Of a stretch of 64,000 nt of DNA, positions 50,501-62,500 are shown in pieces; position 1 is the first letter of the stretch; every line of letters begins with the position of its first letter. The notes under the pieces were generated by a model. The model did no database searches. It had not been told where the DNA came from and saw nothing but the letters and a program-made list of their open reading frames with translations. The DNA is taken from the NCBI GenBank assembly GCA_019244185.1, contig JAFATB010000006.1, positions 160,001 to 224,000 on the forward strand, given 5' to 3'. The position numbers and the translations under genes were made by a program. The DNA comes from Acidobacteriota bacterium. Lineage in GTDB: Bacteria > Acidobacteriota > Thermoanaerobaculia > Gp7-AA8.

Positions 50501-53500
50501 CCGAGGTAGGCGTAGCTCGTGCCGGTGAAGACGTTTTGCGCGCAGTCGGTGCCGGCGATGCAGAGATCGGGGCGGATCGAAATCAATCGGCCGTTCGTGT
50601 AGAGCTCCCACACGCGATCCGCTTCGGTCTTGCCGGCGAGATGCGGCGGGCGCGCACACGACGAGCAGCCGCTCGCGGTCTGCAGCGCGGCGAGCGTGGT
50701 GCCCGCGGGCGGCGTCGGCCACTGATAGTTGATGCTGGCGCGCGGATCGGCGATCGCGACGATCCACGGCGAGACGAACTTGTTGAAGCCTTTCTGATGG
50801 CGCAGCTGCGCGGCCATCGAGTCGGGCACGACGCGCTCGAGATAGAAGTTCGCGTCGGCGCGCGGATCGGGCGCGCCGGAGCGATCTTTCAGACGCAGAT
50901 GCGCGCGCGGGAAGCCTTCCGGCATCTGCTCGGTCGTCGCGCCGAACACGCGCTCGCTCTCGATCGCCGCGACGAGCTTGTTCGCGCCGCCGCTCAGCGA
51001 CTGCGTCATCGCACCCGGCAGCGACACTTCGACGCGGAACGCGGCGAGCGAGCCCTCGGGACCTTTGATGACGCCCGCGGGCGGATCGACGCCGAGCGGC
51101 ACGAGGCCGCCGACTTCCGCGAGACCGTTGCCGTCGCCGACGTCGGCTTTCAGCTGCACGCGCGGATCGATGGCGGCGATGACGCTGGTGGTCTTCTCCA
51201 GCACTTTGCCGACGTAGACGTAGCCGGTGTCGGCGTCGACGACCGGCGCGAGCGTGCCCGACGTGACGCCGGGCGCGGACTTCCAGACGATGCGCGGATC
51301 GTCCGCGCCGACGCCGTACGTGCCGCTACCGTACGTTGCAGTGGACGCGAGCGACGCGGCCACGGTCTTGAAGAGCGCGTTCGCGGGCAGGAGATTGCCC
51401 GTCGAATCGAAGCGTTCGTCGATGCGCGAGAGATCGACGAGCAGCACGCGACCTTCGCCGTCGACGACGGTGGCGAGGTTCGTGCGCGGAATCGCGCGCA
51501 CTGCGGCGGCGCCGCCGGGGATCCAGATGATGTCGACGAGATGCGCGTTCGCAAGCGGGTCGTACGACGGCACCATCGTCGGCGGCGTGCCGCCGATCTC
51601 GACGACGAGCAAGCCGTACTCGTAGCCGGGGACGAGCATGTAGTCGCGCACGACGCGCGTGCCGGCGGTCGAGCCGCGCTGGCCGCGCGGCGGCGCGCCG
51701 GTGACGGACGTGCCGCTGAGCGCCTTGTTGTCCTGCGCCTCGAGCGTCCAGTGGTAGTACGCGGCGCCGGTGAAGCGCGGCGTGGGCTGGCGTCCCGCGG
51801 CTTCCGCGAACTTCGCGCGGAACGGCACGAGGCGCGGATGATCGTGGACATTCGTCGCGGGAGGATCGCCGGGCGTGAAGTAGGTGTTGCGCAGCACGAG
51901 ACCGAACTGCGCGCGCTCGCCGCACGTGTCGGCGTCGCTCGGCGCCGCGGCTTCCGCATCGTTCGCGGGCGGCGCGATCTTCAGATCGAGAATGCCGCGG
52001 CGCTGATCGACGGCGAAGATGTCGAGATCGGGCGAGCCGTCGCGCGTGATGATCGTGGCGTCGGGCGAGAGCGTGAGATCGGGGATGGCGTACGTGTCGA
52101 TCGGATCGCCGCACTCGCTGCGCAGCGCCGCGTTGGTCGCGCGGATCTGCTCGCGCAGCGGCTTGTAGTTCGCGGGCCGCGTCGGATCGTCGTTCGATTC
52201 GACGGCGTTCAAATCGAACACGGCGACGCCGTAGCCGAACAGCGAGATGACGCCGTACGTGCGCTGGTTGCGGATGACGTGGATGCGGTCGTTCTTCCGC
52301 GCGACGATGCCGTTGATCGCCGCGGGCACTCCCGGATGCGCGTCCGCCGACCAGCGCATGTCGAGCGTTTCGTTCTCGACCGTGATGCGCTGCAAGCGAT
52401 ACGGATAGCCTTCCGACATCGCCTGCTGGACGTTGAAGACGCTGAGGTCGTCCGCGTCCGCCGTGGGATCGAACGCGAGCGTCAGATCCTCCGTGTCGTC
52501 CTGCAACAGAATCTGCATCTTGCGCGGCAACGCTTCCGCGCGATCGCTGAGGATCGTCGCGCTGGCGAGATCGAGACCGACCGTCGAGCCGACGCGCCAG
52601 CTGACGATCGCGCCCGCTTTGCCGGTTACCGCGCGCGGGCCCGGCGTGCCGTTCGGCAGGAAGTCTTCGAGGCGGAACGAGCGGACGATGCCGAAGAGAC
52701 CCGAGAGCGCGGTCGCGTAGACGCGGCCGTGACGATCGCTGGCGAGCGCCCAGTATTCGTCGCCGCCGCCCGCCGCGACGCCGATCGGCTGCGTCGACGC
52801 GCCGAGCGACGCGGGGTCCGCGACGTCGTACGCGACGACGCCGCCGTCGAGCGCGGTCATGAGCAGCACGTTGCCGTTGAGCGCCTGATCGCGGATCGCG
52901 CCCTTCGTGAGATCGAACGACGAGACGAGGCCGCCCGGCTCGCGCACGCGGAAGTAGAGATAGACCGGCTCGGCGAGCGGCGCGGTGGGACCGCTCTCGC
53001 CGAGGATCTGACCGATGCGCAGACCGGACTGGTCTTCGACGGTGCTGGCGATGCCGAGGCGATAGCGCATGCCGCGTTGCAATGACGCGGGAAGATCGAC
53101 GAGCACGCGGCGTCCGCCGGAGTCGACGCGGAAGTGCGCCTGCTCGGTGACGGCGGTGTAGACCGGCGCGGCGGCGGCAGGCTCTTTCGCGATCTCGACG
53201 CTGAAGCGCGTGCGGAGGTACGCGTCGATCGCGTCGTCGGATGCGTCGGAGCCGACGGCGATCGGCTCGCTGAAGACGACGGAGAGCGAGGTGTACGGAT
53301 CGACTTCCTTTTCTTCGACGAGCAGCAGCACGCGATCGCCGAGCGCGCCCGCGACTTTCAGCCCGTCGCTGCGCTTGCGGTCGATTGCGCCGTTCGTGAC
53401 GTTGAAGAGCGTGACCTGCAGATCGGCCGGCAGCGGCGTCGACGAGTCGACGGCGGTGATCGAGTCGCCCTCGAGCTTGACGACGAAGTTGCGGATCGAG

Positions 53501-56500
53501 ACGGGCGTGTCGCTGGCGATGAGGTCGAGCGTTTCGACGCGGAACGGCGTGCCGTACACGGGATACGGACCTTCGCGATCGGGATTCGGATTCGGAAGGA
53601 TGGCGGCGGCGCCGGGATCGCCGTTCGGAATCGGATCGTAGACTTTCGCGAAGCCCTGCAGTCCGGTCGCGGCGTCGACGCCGACGACCTGGAAGGGCTT
53701 GTTCGTCAGGACCGGAATGGCGATCGTGCCGCGCCGCTCGGCGAGATAAAAGTGCGCGGCGTAGAGCGACTGGAGCGTGTCCCAGAAGAGGTCGTAGCCG
53801 GCCTGCAGGCCGGTCATCGCGCCCCACGCGACGGACGAGCCGTCGGGCACGCGGATGTCGAGGACGGAGTAGACGCCGCTGCGGTTGACGCCGAGCAGGT
53901 AGTTGCGCAACGCGGAGCCGGTGAGCACGGCGTTCGACGTCACGGCGCGTTTCTGCGTCGTCTGCTGCGTGCCGGACGTCGCGTCGGCGGTGACGAAGCG
54001 GCCGTTGTCGACGCGAACGCTGTCGACGATCATCACGCGCGGACCGCGCACGGAGAGTCCGAGGTAGCCGAGAAGGAAGTTGCGATTCGCGGTGTCGGTG
54101 CCGGCGGGAACCGGGAGCTCGACGTCGAGGCGCTTGTTGGCGACGCCGTCGAATTTCAGCTCGAGGCTGTTCGCGTAGCGCAGCTCGTCGTCGAAATGCG
54201 GCACCGCGGCGAACGCGGTCTGCTGACTCGGCGTCAGCGTGACCATCGTCGCTTTGTCGAACGCGCCCGCGGGAACGCTGACGGTGAGGCCATCGGGCGT
54301 CGTGTACTTCGTATCGAGATCGGCGGGCGCGAGGAAGCCGCGGCCGTCGTCGGTGATGAACGGCGTGAGGCGGAGGATCGCGATGATGGCGTGACTGACG
54401 GGATCGAGAACCTGCAGATCGATGATGTCGTCGACGCTGATGCGGTCGCGCGCATCGAGATGGCCGGCGTCGAACGCGAACGAGCCGTCGGCGGCGACGG
54501 TGGCGTCGTAGGTGACGACGAAGAAGTGATTGCGGCGCACGGCCACGGCCTGAGCGCCGCCGGGCAGCGCGCCGGCGGTACCGCTGATGCGCGACTTGCC
54601 GTTCGCGTCCGGAATGGTGATGTGAATGCGGTCGGCGTGAATCGTGGCGTTCGACGGCGTGGCGCGCGTCGAGAAGGTCGACGTGGAGGTCTGGCCGAAC
54701 GGCGTGCCGGTGGTCGAACGGATCGTCGGCAGCACCGCGATCGCGTACGTCGACGCCGCGCGCAGCGGATCGGTCGCGTTGAAGCGGACGCTGTTCGCGC
54801 CGCCGAGGGAGACCGTGCCGGCGAGCGGCGCATTCGTGGTGAGGTTCGTGACACGGATGCCGTTCGCGACGGACGCGGCGTCGATGGACGTGTCGAACGT
54901 CGCCTGGACGACGAGCGGCGCCGTGACGTCGAGCTCCGCGCCGTCGGCCGGAGCGATGGCGGTGAGATGCGGCGGCTGCGCGGAAAGCGTGAGCGCGCCG
55001 AAGTCGACGAAGGTGTCGGGATCGGGGCTGCCCGTGAAGGCGGATGCGGCGCCGTCGCCGAGCGCCGCGGTGCGCGCCACGAGCGAGAACGGCGCGGCCG
55101 GTTTCGCGGCGACGGGGATGACGAAGACGCCGTCGATGCGCGTGAGATCGCGCACGCCGAGAACGGAGGACATCGGCGCGCCGATGCCGGAGGTGACGCG
55201 CGCGTTCGCGACCGCGGCGCCGCCCGCGCTGCGCACGGTGCCGAAGGCGTATGCGATCGGCGCGTCGGCGACGAGGACGACGTAGCGGCCGTCCCGAACG
55301 ACGCCGTCGAGCGGCAGCTGCGTCGAGACGATCGGGCGCGAGACGAAGACGTTGGAGGTTGACGACGACGATGCCGACATCAGGGCCACGACGCGGAACA
55401 GCACGCCGAACGGCGTCGATGGGAGCACTTCCGCGACGATGACCTGCGCGTTCGCGCTCGCGGACGGCACGGCGATGGTGACGCGCGCGGGCGTGAGGAG
55501 CGCTGGCGCGTGGATCGCGACGCCGTCGGTGGGCGGCGGCTCGTTCGCGCGCGTGAGGCTGAAGGTGAAGCCGGCGGCGACGCGGAAGCCGGGCACGGCG
55601 CCGAGCGACGCGAGCTCGTTGTCGGAGAGCGAAGTCACGGAGGCGTGCAGCGGCTCGGGGGTGGCGGCGGCGGGGACGTCGAGGAGCACGTTGCCGTCGC
55701 CGGGGACGCGGCCGCCGTCCGCGCCCAGGAGCGTGCCGCGGTCGATGCGGCCGGGATAGTCGACGATGCGGATGTGATCGACGCCGTCGCGAAGGATCAC
55801 CGCCTGCGCCTGCGCGGTCGGCGCGAGGTGGAAGTCGGCGACGCCGTCGGTGCCGGCGAGATTGCGATAGATGAGGAGGTCGGTCGCGAACGGCGGATCG
55901 ACGAGCGTGCGGCCGTCGGCGAGGTTGAGCTGCTCGTCGATGAAGGCCTGCACCGCGGTGCCGCTCGGATACGGCTTCGCGCCGTCGGTGGTCAGCGTGG
56001 CGACGGTGCGGCCGCTCGGCAGCACGGCATTCGGATTCAGCGTGAACGAGCGGCCGGTGAGGCGGCAGGTATCGGGCGTGGTGAGGCACGGATTGGCGAC
56101 GCCGGTGAGCGCGGCGCCGGCGCGGGCGACGAGGCTCGAGTTCTTGTCGGCATAGACGAGCGCGTAGTTGCCGGCGGCGTCGATGTCGAAGGACGCGCGG
56201 CCGTCGGAGCCGACGTTTGCGGCGGGGACGACGACGCGCCATTCGTCGGCGCCGCTGTCGTAGTGCACGAGCGCGAGCGACTGCGCGGCGGCGGTGATCG
56301 CGTTCGCGTCGACGACGAAGGTGAGACGCGCGCCGGGCAATGCGATCGGTGACGACGCGTCGTCGATGGCGATCTCCGCGGACGCGAGCGGCGCCCAGCC
56401 GAGCGGCAGAAGACCCGCCAGCGACTGGCCGCCGACGGAGGTGAGGCGCACGCGGTGCGTGCCGGCGAGCGACGTCACGGCGAGCGCGAGCTCGACGCGT

Positions 56501-59500
56501 TTGGTGACGGCGGTGTCGGCGCCGTGTTGCAGCGTCAGCGCGGCGTTGTTCGCCTGTTTCTCGTCGCCGCCTTTGGTGAGGCGGATGTCGATCGGGACGA
56601 CGCCGGCGCCAGCGGGGACGACGACCTGGCGCCAGACGGTGGTGTAGCCGGGCGCGCCGGCGCGGACGGTGTAGGCGCCTTCAGGCAGCGCGTACGAGTA
56701 GCGTCCGCGATCGGAGGTGGTCAACGTATTGACTGCCGCGATCTCGAGCTGCGCGCCGGCGAGCGGGCGGCCGTTCGTGGCGTCGTAGACGGCGCCGGAG
56801 ACGTAGCCGTTGCCGCGTCCCGCGGTCGTGTCGGTGCTGTACGTGAACGTCTGCGTGTAGTCGGCGGTGAGCGAGGCGCCGCCCGCGTCCTTCACGCTCT
56901 TTTTGACGGTCAGGGTGATGTTCTTCGCGGGCAGCGAGGCGAAGGTGATGGTCGCAGTCTGGCCGCCGGTGTCGAGTGCAACGGTCCCGGTGAGCGCGCT
57001 CTCCCCTTCCGGCGTCACGAGCAGCGTGCCCGAGGGCGACGCGATCAGCGACGCGAGGTCCATCGGCTTCGAGAACTGGATGGCGAGCGTCTTCGCGTTG
57101 CGGTCGAGCGTGGCGCCGACGACCTGCAGCGTGGCGCAGCTGAGGCGATAGCAGAGCGCGCGCTCGGCGGAGAGGCTGCCGTCGGCGCCGAGCTCGCGCA
57201 CGCGCACGAGGTGATAGCCGGTCTGGCCAGAGAACGTAAGCGCGGCCTTGAACGCGCCGGTGTCGGAGGCCTGCGCGGTGAGCACGACGCCATCGACTTC
57301 GACGCGCGCCTGCGCGTTCGGCGAGACGCGGCCGGTGATCGTGGTGCCGCTGAAACAGCCGGTGGTCGTGGCCTCGTCGAGAATCGGCGCGTTCGACGGC
57401 GCGCTGCCGCCGGCGGTGAAGGCGAACGTGTACGGCGACGCGAGCGCGCCCCCGGCGACGTCGTGCAGCGATGAGGCGATGGTGGCGGTGTAGCGCACGC
57501 CGGCGCGCAGCGGCTGGTGCGGTGCGAACGTGATCGCGTCGCGATCGACGAAGACATCGCCGTCGACAGGGCCGTCGACGCTGCCGTCGGTGCTCGTCAG
57601 CTGGAACGCGTTCGCGGCGGTGGCGCCGTCGAGCGCGTGATTGAAGAGCACAACCAGCGCGACGCCGCGCTCGACGTCGGCGGCGTCGTTCGCGGGGAAC
57701 GACTCGCGCACGGCCAGCGGCTCGGCGAAGCGGATGACGCGCACGGCATCCGTCGCGTCGCGCGCGTCGGGCGCGGTGACGCGTGCAATCAGCGGGGTGA
57801 TGCCGGAGCTCGACGCCGAGAGCGTGACGTCGGCGGCGAAGGCGTTCGCCGTGAGGGTCGCGTTGACGCCGTTCACCTGCACGGCCGAGCCGGCGTCGCC
57901 GGTGAAGGTGCCGGCGACGCGCACGGCGCCGCTCTGCGTCGACGGCAGGTAGGTGTTGTCGCGCGGCGTGTCGATGGCGATCGACGGGCCGCCGGCGAGC
58001 TGGGTCACGTTCACGCGCGCGGTCGTCTGCGTGCCCGCGGCGTTGCGCGCGGTGGCTTCGATGACGGTGACGGCGGCGCTGGCGACCGGCACGCTCGCCG
58101 TGAACGTGCCGGTGGTGTCGGACTGCGGCGTCGCGGTGGCGGCGCGCGATGTGCCGCCGGCGCTGACCGTGATCGTCGCCGGCTCGACGTTCGCGTACGT
58201 GCCGGTGACGTCGATCGACGACGCCCCGCTGTCGCTGCCGGTGAGCGGCGCGGTGATGCTGAGTTGCGGCGCGGCGGTGAGCGCGCGCACGCGCGTGGTG
58301 GCGATGCCGACGCGCGCCGAGCGCGTCTTCGCGCGCACGGTGAGGACGCTGAGTCCTGGCGCGACGGGGACGTTCGGAACGCTGAACGAATGCGAATCCG
58401 CGCCGTCGTCGGCGACGGTGAATGCGATGCCGTTGACGTCACCGGAAACGACGCCCGCGCCGACGGTGCCGCTGACGGTGACGCTGCTGGTCGTCACGCT
58501 GCTGTTCGCGGCAGGCGACGCGATGGTCACGACCGGATCGTCGTAGCGATAGAGCACGAGCGTGACCGGCGCGTCCGTGGTCGGATTGCCCGACGCGTCG
58601 GCGCAGCGGATGGTGACTTCGTTGCGGCCCGGCGCGAGCGTGGCGTCGCCGCAGAACGAGCCGGCGGCGACGGCGGCCGCGAGGCCGTCGATCAGCACGC
58701 CCGCGGCGCCGCCGGAGCGGCCGCTGATGTGCACGTGCTCGCTGAAGACCGCGGCGCCGTCGGCGGGATCGAACTGCCCGAGGCCGCAGCCGGATACCGT
58801 GGCCGCATTGCCGATGAAGAAGACGCGATCGACGCGCGTCTCGTCGCCGGCCGCGTCGCGCGCGGTGGCGGTGAGCGCGTGGCCACCGTCGGCGAGCGGC
58901 GTGACGCCGGCGGCGACGAGGTCGCCGTCGACGCTGAGCGTGGTCACGAGGCCGTCGGGCTGGTTGTCGGTGACGTCGAGCGCGAGACTCGGCGAGGCGG
59001 CAAAATGCGCGCCGTCGGCGAGGTCGGCGCCGTTCGCGGTGACGCGCAGCACCGGCGGCGTGAAGTCGGCGGTGACGTGGACGGAGACGCTGCTCACCTG
59101 GCCGCGATCGTTCGTGAGCGACGCGGTGATCGTGTTTGCGCCTTCGACGAGCGGGAAATCATTCTTGCGGAACGCGCCGGCGGGATCGAGCGCGACGGTT
59201 GCGCCATTGATCGTGACGCCGCGCGCGGCGGCGGGCGTCAGCACCTGGCCGGCGACGAGCGTCGTCGGACGATTGGTCAACATCTTGTCGACCGGCGCGA
59301 AGAGCAGGAGCCCGTTGCCGCCGCTGTCGCGCACGACGTCGACGGAATCCGACGCGCTGTTGCCGGCAGCGTCGGCCGCGATAGCGACGATCGTGTTCGG
59401 ACCGGCGTCGAGCGGCACCGTCGCGCTGAACGCGCCGCCGGCCAGCGTCGCGGCGACGCCGTTCACGGTGACGCTGACGACGTCGTGGCCGCTGACCGTG

Positions 59501-62500
59501 CCCTGCACCTCGACGCGGTCGGCGTCGATCACCGCGTGATCGGCGGGAGTCGTGATGGTCACGACCGGCACGCTGCGATCGATGCGGAACGTGGCCGTGA
59601 CCGTCGCGGACTCGTGGCCGAACGCATCCTTCGCCTTCGCCGTCAGCGTGTAGTCGCCGTCGTTCGTCACTTCGCTTCCCGACGTGAACGGCGCGCCGTT
59701 CAGCGTGGCCGCGATCGTGGCCGCGGAATCGTTCGAACGAATGACGGGCGTGACCGCGCGGCGGTAGACCTGATGCGGCGGGATCGGCAATCCGTTCTCG
59801 ACGATCTCGACGGACGGCGCCGCGCCGCGGATGGTCAACGTGTAGACCATTCGCGACTGGTTGCCCGCCGCGTCGATCGCGAGGAGCGCGAGCGTGTTCA
59901 GCCCTTCCTGCAGCGCGACCGGCAGCGTGAAGTGCACGCCGTCGACCTGCGCGGTCTGGCCCGTCGATTCGATGACCACGGCGGCCGGCTCGCTCAGCGT
60001 GCCGGTCAGCGACGCCGGCTTCTCGCCGACGGTGGCGTTGTTCGCGGGATCGATCGACGTGATGAACGGCGGCGTGCGGTCGATCGTGAAGGCGACCACC
60101 TTCTCGTCGGAGACGTGGCCCGCGCAGTCGCGCGCCGTCGCGCGCAGCACGTGCGGCGCGGGGAGCTCGTTCGCGATCGCGGTGCCGGAGACGTACGGCT
60201 GGCCGTCGAGCGTGACCGTCAGCGCGGCGCCGGCTTCGTTCGCGCGGACGTCGAGCGCGATCGGCCGGTTCACCACCGGCGCGGCGAACGGCGCGCCGCC
60301 TTCACGCACTTCGACGACGGGCTTCGTGCGATCGATGGAGATCGCGACCGTGGCCGCGGCGGTGTGCCCGGCGAGGTCGACCGCCTCGACGCGGATCGTG
60401 AATTTTCCTTCGTCCGGCGCGGGAATCGTCGCCGTGAACGTGCGGTGGTCGTCGCCGACCGTCGCGTTGACGACCGCCGTTCCCATCGTCACCTTCACGC
60501 TCGCCAGCGACACCTCGGATACCTGCCCGCGCACTTCCACCGCGTTCGTATCGAGGCACGCGTTCGCGGACGGCGCCTCGATCGTCACCGCCGGCGCGAG
60601 CGTGTCGAGCGTCACCGGAATGGCGATGGTCGTGTTGTTGCCGGCGCGGTCGAAGCCGATGGCCTCGATCGTGTTCTCGCCTTCGAGCAGCTCGAGCTCG
60701 ACCGGCGTCGTGAACTTGCGATCGGCGATGGTGGCGTCGATGCCGTTGACTTCGATGCCGATCGCGTCGTCCGCGTCGCCGCTGACGAGGATGCGCGGCG
60801 TGGTGAGGCTCGTGTTCGCGAGCGGGCTCGTGATCGCGATCGCCGGCGGCGTCTTGTCGATGGTGAACGTCACCGGCGGCACATCCGTCGAGAGACCGAC
60901 GCGGTCGGTCACCCTCACTTTCAACGTGTACGTGCCTTCGGCCGTGACCGGCGTCTCCAGCGTGTACGGCTGATCGTTGAGCGTGGCCGTCGTCGTCGTA
61001 TCCGTGGTGTCGGTGATGACCGCGCGCGGCACGACGTCGCGGTTGAAGAACTGGCCGTCGGTCAGCTCCTTTTCGCCTTCCATGAGCGTGACCACCGGCG
61101 CGGTGCGATCGATGTAGAAGACGATCGCGGGGATGGTCGTACTCCACGCCAGCTCGTCGGTGACCGTCGCGGTGAGCGAGTACTTTCCTTCCGCGGTGAT
61201 GTCACCGCCGAACGTGAACGGCTGTTCGTTGAGCAGCGCGGTCGTGGTCGTCGGCGTCGTGTCGCTGACGGTGAGCTCGGGGTGGACGTTGCGGTTGAAC
61301 GCGCCGCCGGCGAACGGCTGGCCGTTCTCCGTCACCGTCACGACCGGCGCGGTCTTGTCGATGGTGAAGGTGATCGGCGGAACGACGGTTGCGTGCCCGA
61401 GGTGATCGGTGACGGTGATCGCGAGGACGTGATCCGCGAGCTCGGTGGAGATGGTGCTGTCGGGCGTCCACGGCGCGTTGTCAAGCGTCGCCGTCGTGGT
61501 CGTGGCGGTGAGGTCGTCGATGTCGAGCTTCGGCTCGACGTCGCGATTGAACTTGCCGCCGGTGAACGCCACGCCGTGCTCGAGCACGTGCACGACCGGC
61601 GCGGACTTGTCGATGATGAACGTGATCGGCGGGAGCGTGGTCGTCCAGTGCGCGGCGTCGGTCACCGAGACCGCGAGGACGTGCTCGCGCTCGTCCGCGA
61701 TCGGCGTCCCGCTCGTCCACGGCGCGCCGTCGAGCGTCGCTTCGACCGTCGTCGCGCTGATGTCGTCGACGGCGATGATCGGCGCGATCGTGTCGCCGAA
61801 CTCGTCGCTGGTCGCGAGCACGCGGTCGCCCACCTTCACGCTGACCGCGGGCGGCGTCGTGTCGACCACGAAGTGCACGGTGGGAACGGTCGTCGACCAG
61901 TTCGCGGCGTCCGTTACCTTGATATCCAACGAATGCGCGCCGTCGCCGGCGATGGGCGTGCCGAGGATGTAGGAGTTGCCGTCGAGCTTCGCGTCGATCG
62001 TGTACGCGGTGAGATCGGAGACCGCGACCTGCGGCAGCGCGGGATGCGCGAGCAGCGCGCCGCTCACGAACGGCGTACCGTTCTCCGTGAGCGTTACGAC
62101 CGGCGGCGTCTTGTCGACGGTGAAGACGATCGGCGGCACGTTCGTGACGAACCCGAGCTCGTCGGTGGCCTTGATGACGAGCACGTGGCGATCTTCGCGC
62201 GTGACCGTCGTCTCCGACGTGAACGGTGCGTCGTCCAGCGTGGCCTCGATCGTGACGTGCGTGGTGTCGTTCGACTCGATCTTCGGCGTAACGTCGCGGT
62301 TGAAGATCGTGTCCGACACGAGCGGCGCGCCTGACTCGGTCACGGTGACGACCGGCGCCGATTTGTCGATCGTGAACGCGATCGGCGGCACCACCGTCAC
62401 CCACCCCAGCTCATCCGTCACCGTCACATTCAGCGTGTAGACGCCCTCGGAGGAGATCTCCTGTCCCGAGGTCCACGGCGTTTCGTGCTGGCCGTCGCTG

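Noticed and set aside
46711-62334. Very long alternative ORFs (46711..53085 +, 51326..56242 -, 57517..62334 +)
   Set aside because: Arg/Gly-rich shadow frames caused by GC3 bias of the giant Rhs gene
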